Assembly (NCBI RefSeq): GCF_000497125.1
Contig: NC_090598.1
Coordinates: 1,674,001-1,738,000, forward strand
Source of the DNA: Spironucleus salmonicida
Taxonomy: Eukaryota
Direction: 5' to 3'
Length of the DNA: 64,000 bases
Position numbers and translations under genes: made by a program. Positions 54,911 to 64,000 of this stretch are shown here, in pieces (within the stretch, counting starts at the first letter, position 1; each line of letters starts with the position of its first letter). A model generated the notes under the pieces. That model searched no databases. It worked only from the letters and a program-made list of their open reading frames with translations, and was not told where the DNA came from.

Positions 54911-54933
54911 CTATATTCCACTCCATTGCGAAC
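54911..54933 (+). promoter_or_regulatory. C-rich element just upstream of the eL43 start codon (putative core promoter/initiator)
   Basis: CTATATTCCACTCCATTGCG in an otherwise A/T spacer. Similar TTCCA/CTCCA elements occur before NOC3, PP2A-A, eIF4A and RanBP1. Confidence 0.45.
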
Positions 54934-55203
54934 ATGGCAAGACGTACTAAGAAGGTCGGTATCGTTGGTAAATATGGAGTCCGTTATGGTCGTGCTGCTC
55001 GTAAGTAGTTGAAAGTTATTGAAACTGCTCAACGTTAATTATATACCTGCCCATTCTGCGCTAAGGATTAGGTCAAGCGTCAAGCTTGCGGTATCTGGAA
55101 CTGCCGTTCTTGCAACAAAACTATTGCCGGTGGTGCCTATTCATTTACTACTTCTACTGGTGCTGCAGTTCGTGGTGCTATCCGTCGTATCACTAAAGAA
55201 TGA
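54934..55203 (+). CDS. RPL37A: 60S ribosomal protein eL43 (L37a)
   Basis: MARRTKKVGIVGKYGVRYG..YTCPFC..GIWNCRSC..AGGAY, with three internal TAR codons read as Gln. Confidence 0.98.
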
Positions 55204-55381
55204 TTAATTATATTAAGATGTTTATAGATACTAGATTTATCTAAACGTACTTTGAATCGAGTATAGATATTAACGTAAGTGCTCTTTATGTTTATTTCAT
55301 TTTTTATTTCTTACTAATTTTTATTTTTGTAACTTTTATTTATGTTATTATATTCAATTATAGTGCACTTATAATTGAAAT

Positions 55382-55924
55382 ATGAGTTGTGAAGATTTAA
55401 TCTCATCAATAAAAACAGCCATTAATATTACTCTAGATTTCAATCTTTCATCACTCTAAGTAATTTGTCTTGCATGTCATGCATAATATAATAATTAACA
55501 TTTTAGTTCAACTAGGCTAAAGAAATATACTAAGTAACTTTATCACAAAATTACTAAACATTATAGGTAACAATCATTCTAAGAGAGATATCATATAATC
55601 ACCCATAAACCATCAATTTTACTTCGACTAATGGAATTTTATGATCATCCATTATTACTTGAAAACCTAAAATCTTGTGTAAAAATAATTTAATAAAAAA
55701 CAGTTGGAACAGGATAATCTTAAGAATGTCCCAAATGTGTAATTCTTGCAGCTTTAATATGCCTTTAAGGCGAAGAAGCTGAGGTTATAGCAGGTAGGAA
55801 TTGGAGAGTTTTAGTTGAATTAGGAATTGACAAGTAGGGTAAAATTTCTGAAAATAGCTTTATTAATGATAATGTAACTAGCGAAGGGAGTAATTATTCA
55901 GACCTAAGAAATTTTATTGTGTGA
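55382..55924 (+). CDS. Hypothetical protein (180 aa)
   Basis: Frame read fully from ATG 55382 to GTG TGA. Confidence 0.6.
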
Positions 55925-55928
55925 ATAT

Positions 55929-57029
55929 TCAGTCACTTAACTCACTTATATCAGAATCTGTCATTTAATATATGAAATTATTGTTATCTGCGTATGTATT
56001 TTCTGCATAATTGATTAGTTATAAATAACTAACACTATCATTTTTTCCAATAGACTCAATATTAAGAACATGATTATTTTAATTAATCATGCCAGATCCA
56101 GTTCTAGTGATTTTGTTGTTTTTAAGTCCATTGAAACTTTAAACTCTAAAGACCTCTTCTCTTCTCATATTCAAAATAGAATTAATTTTGACTAGACTTC
56201 CTATTTTCTTGTTGTTATCAATAAACTTTGCTATACAAAACTTAGGCTGTGGTAGAGGGCCACCCATCCATGTAGGAATTGGTAGTAACCGCTCTCCTAA
56301 CTTATATCCTAATATAAGTTAACCACAAGTATCTCTATTCTCTAGAGAAGTTAGTGCTGTAGTAGGAAAAGTTTTTAAACAATCGACATCTTGGTGGCAA
56401 TTAAAATTTCTAACGTGCTTTGTTGTAAATTTATTAAAAAGCACAGAATTTGTCATTCTCATTATCATATCAATAAAGAGCATTGACCCTAAATTTTTTG
56501 CAAAAATTAAGTGGTCAAGCCTAAAATAACTAAAAACATATTTTATAAAAAGATCTTTGTGCTGTTAGACGCAACTTAACATTTCCTTCTATCCATTTAG
56601 AGCCAACAGCGAAATTAAATCATATGGCGGAGGATATTTTAAAATTTCATATCTTCTTGCACTTTCTAAATAATATGGCAATGCATAACTAACAATTTTA
56701 TGTGAGTCTGATAAAATAGCCAACTATAAAGGAGATACATTAGCTGGAACAGGAAAATGTGGAATAATACCATTAACAGTCATAACTGGTATTTTATGTG
56801 GCTTCAATGTTAATATATCTAATTCTTAAGAAAATAAGGCTTTAAACGCAGCGTAATGACCAAAATATGCAGTATAGTGTAGAGCAGTAAATCCTTCAAT
56901 ATTTCCCTTGCATATATCTGATCTAGTATCTTTTTATTTAGAAAACTATCCTACTAATGTAAGCAATTCCTTATCAAGGCCCAGCTATGCTGCATTAAAC
57001 CACTGTGTCGTATCTAAACATGAACCCAT
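55929..57029 (-). CDS. Ankyrin-repeat protein with N-terminal MGSC acylation motif
   Basis: MGSCLDTTQWFNAAQLG...EGFTALHYTAYFGH...VSPLQLAI. Confidence 0.8.
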
Positions 57030-57189
57030 TATTGCTAATAATAAACTTATATCCTGGTTTAATAATATAATATTATTATTAATAACTAAATTGCTAAATA
57101 CATTAAGTAAAATAATAATAGTATATTTATGATTTGTTATAATTCTTTTTAGTTACAAAAATTTAATAAGATACGTATATAAATAATAG

Positions 57190-58899
57190 TCATATCAACC
57201 CTTCTAATTCCTTTATTAATTCATCTAATTCTATTTCAAATCCTGATAACTTTTACTCTTTGTCCAATAATACTCTTTCAAATTTTTCAGTTTCTTCTCT
57301 TAATCTTCTTTCTGCTATAACTGCTCGTTCTACCATTTAATTAGAATATGCTAATGGCTTGTCTGCTGCCTCCAATCTTCGTTATATTTCGTTTAGCTTG
57401 CTATCAGTATTGTTCTCCTTTAATATTTATAATTCTTATTTAAGCTCCTAATTATTGCATCTTTCATTAGCAATTTAACTCTCTGTGTTTCTTATTTAAA
57501 TTTTTAATTCAGAATTAGCTTTATCATAATCGAATCTAATTTATCTTATTCTTTGTTCGTTAAACTCATCCTCTCGCAATTTTTATTCAAAGTGCTCTTT
57601 TTCTAGTGACTTAATGCGAGACTTATCTAATTCTCTCATTTATTCAAGTTGTTGTATTTGTTATTTTAACATGTCTGTATCTTCTTATTTTTAAGGCGAT
57701 AACTAAATAAGTTTAACTTATAAACTTGAAATCTCTGTTAACTATTTGCTTATTTATTAATCTCTCTTTTCGATTTCTTTCATAATATTAGTATTACTCC
57801 CAGTAACTTATGGTTTTAAAGTTTCCTTTGCATTTTACACTATCTTATTCTTTAAATATAAAAGTTCCTTGTCTTTTTCTTATAATAAAATTTACAAAGC
57901 TTGAAGATCAGTAACAGCCTCATTTATTTTATTTTTATATATTTCTTCATTATTGGATTTATTATTTTTTATTATATTAATAACATCAAATAACATTTTA
58001 TTTGCATCAACTTCTGCGTCAACATCATATAATTCACTTATAATATCTGCAAACATTTTCTTCATTTTTTAGTTTTCATTCATGGTTTATTAAAATTCAT
58101 CTTTTAACCTATTCACCAATAATTTAGTATTATTATGATCATAAACTTCGGAATTAAGTTTATGTCTAAGATTAGTAAGAATTTAATCTGATTGAGTTTA
58201 CTATTAATTTTATTTTGGCTACTGCAGCCTGTCACATTCTTTTTACAAATTCGTAATTAATTTTTCTTATTAATCAAATGAATGATCCGAGTGAGTTTTT
58301 GGTGGTAAATTTTAATAGATTTTATTGTTCTTTTTGTGTGTTTAGTCTATATTTTGATACATCTAAACAATAGGTTGATTTATCTATTTTGCTATAGATT
58401 AAGATTTTTCTGCCAGGATAGATGGTTCATTTGCTGTAAAATATTCATATTGCAAATTTTTAGATAGCTAGAGACTATCTACTAATTAATGGCTGTTAAT
58501 TCGTGGTGTAATTTGATTATAAACATGTTCCAAATCTGAAAGTTATTACTCTAAATTTGATGAGTTTGATTTGTTATTATATTTTTAATTAATTGATGGA
58601 TAATTTGAATCATATTTATTCTCTAAAGATATAGAATCAGTAAATGATTACATATCTAAATTAGAATGCTTTGACTCAGAACCTTATTTCATGGTACTCA
58701 TTGGAGGTGACTTAAGATAAGAATCATTAAATGATTACTAATAATTATTCTATTCAATTTCTTCCTCCTCACTATCCAACTAACTGATGATTTTCTATAA
58801 ATCTGTTTCTGGCCCAGTATTTGACTATTCTCCACTTTCTCCCTCTAATCTTTTTCTCAGCCTATTTTGAACTGCTTACTATAATTTTGTGCGTTCCAT
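57190..58899 (-). CDS. Coiled-coil protein (569 aa)
   Basis: Low-complexity N-terminus and long E/Q/K/R heptads. ATG and TGA are in frame. Confidence 0.65.
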
Positions 58900-58958
58900 T
58901 ATAAAAGCAAAATTTATAAATATTAAATCTTATTATATATTCGATAAAAACAGAATAA

Positions 58959-59903
58959 ATGCCTGATAATTAACCAGCTTTATTGGATACTATAACACTA
59001 CACAATACATTAGAATAAATGTAAAACCTTAAATCTGGGTCTATTTCAGATAAAAAATTTATCGAGATAATCAAAAAACTTACTGAGGATTAATTTAATC
59101 AAATTAATCGAGAATTCTATTTACAAAATAAAACCTCAATATCATAATTTATCATAGATATTATCAAAGATCAGGCAACTGAAGATCTTTGTCTAGCTGT
59201 ACTTGCTCCAAAATACTATATTTGGTCAAAGTCTATACATATATCATTTCTAGATCTTTTGAATAATTCAGATTTACTTATTACCGCGATTTTATCATTA
59301 GATATTATAGACCTCTTTAAAGTAAAGTAATAATATAAATTATAATTCAAAACTGACCTTGTTGAAGATTTTAATTCATTTATTTAAGGTCATTCTTTTT
59401 GGCAATAATTATTAAGACAATGGATTACACGTGATACCCCTGGCGTAGTATCTTCACGGTTTAGTGTTGAAAAGGATGCAAAGGCGTTAGATTTAGCAAC
59501 GAAAGGCTCAGGAACTGATATTGAAATATATGTAAATATTTTTACGACATCAACAACTACAGAATTCAAGGATATTATCTTAAACTATGAAAATTTAGTC
59601 GGTGTGACATTTAAAAAATCATTAGAAGATGAATTTCTAACCGATTCACTAGATTATTATGCTGCAATGCTTGTTACAGAAAGATTGCGATCTCCTGAAG
59701 CGTTAACAGAATTTATATTTTCATACTGTTTTACAGAAAAAAATGGTGACAAGCCTATGCTTAACTTTCTAATTAGTATGTTTAAAGATAAAGTAGATTT
59801 ATCAAAAATTAAGGGTGCTTAATCTAAGATTAAATAACAAATCAACCCAATTTAAGCAGGAAATTACTAAAATGCTGTTTTAAGTTTTTTTGGATTTAAA
59901 TGA
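58959..59903 (+). CDS. Annexin (alpha-giardin-like)
   Basis: EKDAKALDLATKGSGTDIEIYVNIF and KVKQQYKLQFKTDLVEDF. 314 aa, consistent with four annexin repeats. Confidence 0.88.
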
Positions 59904-59937
59904 TAATATCATATTTTATTTATTTTCACTTCTTTTA

Positions 59938-60663
59938 ATGACTACTTTCTAAAAAAACTAGTTAGTCTCGGATAAGAAGATAATGCATTAAGAAATTAAT
60001 TATTTTAATAAATTTACTCATAATATTAGGCCTTTTAAAATTTAACCTACCAAGGAAGTAATATAATTAAGTGATAAATAATACGAATTTTATAAAAGAC
60101 CGTTAGATGAAAAATTACCTGTTATCGTTATTTTTTATGAAGCTGTAGTTAATACCAAAGTTGAATTAGTCAAAGTAGAAATTTATGATTCAAAAACATG
60201 TAACCTAATTAATATGATAAATATTATTGTTTAAGGCTAGTTTAGCATTATAGATAATAGCTTCACATGGAATTAAAAGCAATATGACGATGATAATTAA
60301 AAAATTGATAGAAAATAGGCTTTTTCTATAATAAAATAAATATGCAGCAGAAAATAAATCTATACATTCAGTTTAAGTAAAACAACAAACAAATTACTAA
60401 AAAATTGTGCATGTTTTAATAAATTTCAAAATATCTAAGAAGTGTATTAAAATGCAAGCTTAGTAGAGATTGCTAGAAAATTAAATAATATAGAGAAAGA
60501 CTAAATGGTAACAGAAGAATTAAAAATTTAAACCATTAAAATCTTAATCCATCTTTATGGCGAGGAACACTAATGGTATTTATTTTAACTTTTTGAAGAC
60601 GATAAGCATGCTCGAAATTATGCTAAATTATAAGAAAAATAAATAGACTTTTATGAATTTTGA
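59938..60663 (+). CDS. Hypothetical protein
   Basis: 241-aa frame from ATG 59938 to TGA 60661. Confidence 0.6.
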
Positions 60664-60699
60664 TTATTATATATTATTTTATATTTATATTCTTTTAAA

Positions 60700-61734
60700 A
60701 TGTCGAAGCCAATTGTTGCTGACTTAGGATCTCATACAATAAAAGTTATCAACAATCGGAATTTAAGCGTAATCAACTCATAATATCCATAAGGAAAACC
60801 AAATATTTCACTTTCTCAGTTACCACTAATAACTCGTTGTTCTCTCTAAACACCATTTTCAAGAGGTTGTATTATAGCATTTGATGCATTACCAAATGAA
60901 TTTACAGAAATATTAGATAATAGGTCTCTAGTTATGTCAACACCTCCCCTTTTACCATAATCATTAGCTTCAAAACTAGATGAATATCTTTTTGAATCTT
61001 GTAATGTTGCTTCACTTTATAGAATTTCAGCTCCAGCTGCAGCAATTAAGGCGCCTGAACTAAACTCACGAGATTTTCCAGCTCATATTGTATTAGATTT
61101 AGGATTTTAGCATTGTACTTGCTCTGCATTAATATTTGGCTAACTAGTTCAACATTCTGTAAGGAGAAATGATGCAGGTGGCTTATTATTAGACAACTCT
61201 TTTGGTATAGATCCGAATAAGAAAAATATTTTTTCCGCTCTACCTGATCATTAAATTTTAAGATAATAATTAAGGTAGCTACTACTTTGTGGTATTCCAG
61301 AAGGTGTCATATCACTTACTGAAAATAATAAATTGGAACCTGTTAAAATCGAAAATAGGCCTTATTACGAAGTTAGAGGTCATGAATAATTTGGTTTAAT
61401 AAGTGCTATTATTGATCCAATTTAACTAAATTTAGCACAAAAAGGTGCTGTGGAGTTGGTAAAAGAATGTATTTGTAGTCTACCTTATAGTGTTAGCGTG
61501 GTTGCTGCTGAAAATTTAATACTTATAGGAGGATTAAGCAAAAGCTTTAGATTATAAAGTATTTTAGAAGAGAAATTAGTAAAAACTGGAATAATTGGTA
61601 AAATTATTGTTACAAAAGAACCAGAATTAACAACTATTAAGGGACTTGAAGTAATAGCAAAAGAATATAAAACTGTAAATAAAGATCTATATTTTGAATA
61701 TGGCAAGGATATATTTTGTAAAAGATTCTTGTGA
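60700..61734 (+). CDS. ARP6: Actin-related protein, ARP6-like
   Basis: IVADLGSHTIK, PFSRG, DEYLFE, IVLDLGF, VRRNDAGGLLL, NLILIGGLS, and C-terminal VNKDLYFEYGKDIFCKRF. Confidence 0.75.
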
Positions 61735-61745
61735 GCACTAAAATT

Positions 61746-62612
61746 TCACTATTACGAACTAAATGAAGTATCTAGATTATTATTACTAAATGGATAATTT
61801 TTATGAAATTCATAACTTTAATTAAACTTAAGGTCTCTACATTATTACTCCTTCTTAATTATAATATTTGTTTAAACTATCATAATAATCTAATCTAATA
61901 TATTCTTCACTTTAAATTATTATGGAAAATGGTCATGATAATCCATAGTTATTACATCATCTACTTCAATTAGCTAATTCACAACTACATATGATTTATC
62001 AATTAATGGTAGCTTCGTACATCTTTATTACAATTATATATCATATTTTTTACAAAATATTCCATAATACTTCCAGCAAGAAATAATTAGAGAGTTTTTT
62101 GATCCATCTTTAGTTTATGGTTTGATTCTTTTATAAAACTGAACGAGTAAAAGTAAAAACTAAAACATTTATTAATGAAAATATTAAGATGGAAATAAAC
62201 TATAATAAAATGTCAATCAATATTGTTCTGGATTTTTCAAAAACTTAAGTTTTTAAACATCCCCTCTCTCACTTTCTTATTTGTCATTAACGTTTCTATG
62301 ATTTTCATTACTCTAATCTCGCCGTTTTTATTTTCTTTCCCAATATTCTTAAACCTTAACTTTATCTAACTCTTATTACTCCGGTGACTTCTCTAATTTA
62401 ATTCTTTCGCGTCTTTTAATTTCTTTTGTAATAGGTTGTCCAAACTTTTATAACTCATTATTTTAAACCCTCTTAATAGACCCTTTAAGCTAATTAATAA
62501 GTGAATGATCTTGTTATAAATTTGCATCTTCTAGTTATTTCTCATACTTCTAAACTTCATTCGCAAAAAACTAACGCCACTCATCATCTGTCCAATTCTT
62601 TCTTTTGCCCAT
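61746..62612 (-). CDS. Hypothetical basic protein
   Basis: Starts MGKRKNWTDDEWRQFF. Ends TAA TAG TGA. Confidence 0.65.
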
Positions 62613-62668
62613 AAGTAAAGTGAAAAGAAGTGGCAATATATTAATATATATTATTTTAAAATAATAAA

Positions 62669-63544
62669 ATGAAAGGCATGACTAAAAATTAGTTATAAAG
62701 ATTAAAAAAAGATATTGAAAATGTTAACATTGTAATTATTCACCCACATTAAGAAATTAATAATAATATTGACTAGCAGAGACGTAGGAGGAAGAAGAAA
62801 TAGCAGATACAATAAAGTGATACGTCTTAAGTTAGATTTAAAAATTATTGCTTTGATGCCACCAGATAAGGAGCTATCTAGAATTAAAATGCAAGATTAG
62901 ATCAGTATATTGATATTCAGGCCAATTTGATTAAGTAGAATTTTTAATCTGAAACTTAATAAAATTAAATACTGGAAAAAATTAAAAATATTACAGTCTC
63001 ATCTCCACGTAGGTCTAATAAATTAAATTCGTTGGCCAAAGTAGTACTTTGTTAATAGAAAAAAGAATATTTTGTTAGAAATTATTAACTGGTAATGGTC
63101 AATCGTAAAGATGATTAAAGTATCAAAGTATTAGAGCCATCTTTTTATATTGCAGCCTCGAGTTAACTAAGGACCATTGGATTTTAGGAGTTTATGTTAT
63201 AATTTTGTTTAATGTTTCCAGAAGCTAAGAAAGGCACTGGAACATTAATAAAAGAAGAGCAGTTGGAAAAAATTTAGTTTAGTGGATTTTAAAAATTAGA
63301 TTCTTTAGATACTTAAGTTTTTACTTAAAAAGGCAAATAACTAGTCCTAGAGAATATAAATATTCTAATCATAATTTTCGGAAATGCAGATGGTACCAGT
63401 TTATAACGTTATATAAATTTAATGAAATGGTAAAATTCATCTTAGACAGCTGTTCTTATTTATCTTTAAGAAGAACTTATATCTTAGGAAATTCTTCATA
63501 TTATTAACTAGGGTTTGACTAGGATGAAAATAAAACAATAGTGA
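62669..63544 (+). CDS. Hypothetical protein with basic NLS-like stretch
   Basis: 291-aa frame read fully, containing RRRRKKK. Ends TAG TGA. Confidence 0.65.
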
Positions 63545-63557
63545 GAATACATATAAT

Positions 63558-64000
63558 TCATTTTTTAACCCAAAACCATTTTCTTTCTCTATCTATTTTA
63601 GTTTTAATTGGGTCAAACAGTTTCGAAATAACTTATGATCTTTTATAGGCATTTCGTTTACCTTACAGTGGTTATTTAATTAAGACCGCCAACTCTTCTA
63701 ACGATTTTGTCTATTGATTTTAACCATATGTATATGTTTATTCAATATCTAAAATCTATTTGACAGGTAAAGATATGGTAAGCTTTTAAAGTTGTTTTTT
63801 AGCTTAGAAACCTACTACAAGACGTTATCCTATTAAATCGTAGAGTTTTTATCGATAATCATTTATAGGGTACTTACATTATTTAACAGAACTGATATCA
63901 ATTTCCTACTTATTTACATAATAATCACGTATATTTGAACCAACTTGAAAATACTACTCAAATTCTACGATTTATGTAACTGAATTGGTAAGTAGTAAAT
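63558..64000 (-). CDS. 3' part of a hypothetical protein running off the window
   Basis: Ends DRERKWFWVKK TGA, convergent with the previous gene. Confidence 0.5.

Noticed and set aside
62669-63544. Possible Cdc73 C-terminal domain similarity
   Set aside because: The resemblance is too vague to support without a profile search.
1-64000. Widespread pseudogenes suggested by frequent in-frame TAA/TAG
   Set aside because: TAR codons fall at conserved Gln positions in essential genes, so this is codon reassignment and not gene decay.

Overview
Very AT-rich, gene-dense eukaryotic DNA that uses nuclear genetic code 6 (TAA/TAG = Gln, TGA the only stop). The supplied standard-code ORF track therefore shows only fragments or spurious antisense ORFs. 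Re-translated by eye, the window holds about 43 apparently intronless CDSs, mostly under 100 nt apart. Many end in an AGTGA motif that overlaps the stop, and several have C-rich elements just upstream of the ATG. Together these features point to a hexamitine diplomonad (Spironucleus/Hexamita-like; inference). Recognisable genes include an SCP/FCP1-like phosphatase, WDR17, a B-box protein, NOC3, PP2A-A, TFIIH p44, eIF4A, VPS24, RanBP1, eL43 (L37a), an annexin, ARP6 and an ankyrin protein. The most striking observation is a tandem pair of paralogous calponin-homology (CH) domain genes. One fuses CH to an 18-bp-repeat helical rod and a C-terminal prenylatable Rab GTPase; the other fuses CH to a ribosomal stalk P1-like domain. 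A second highlight is a multi-TM + RGS + catalytically degenerate phosphodiesterase protein. CDS boundaries were read manually. For the long genes, both ends were confirmed in the same frame but interiors were only sampled. All family assignments come from motif recognition, not database searches.
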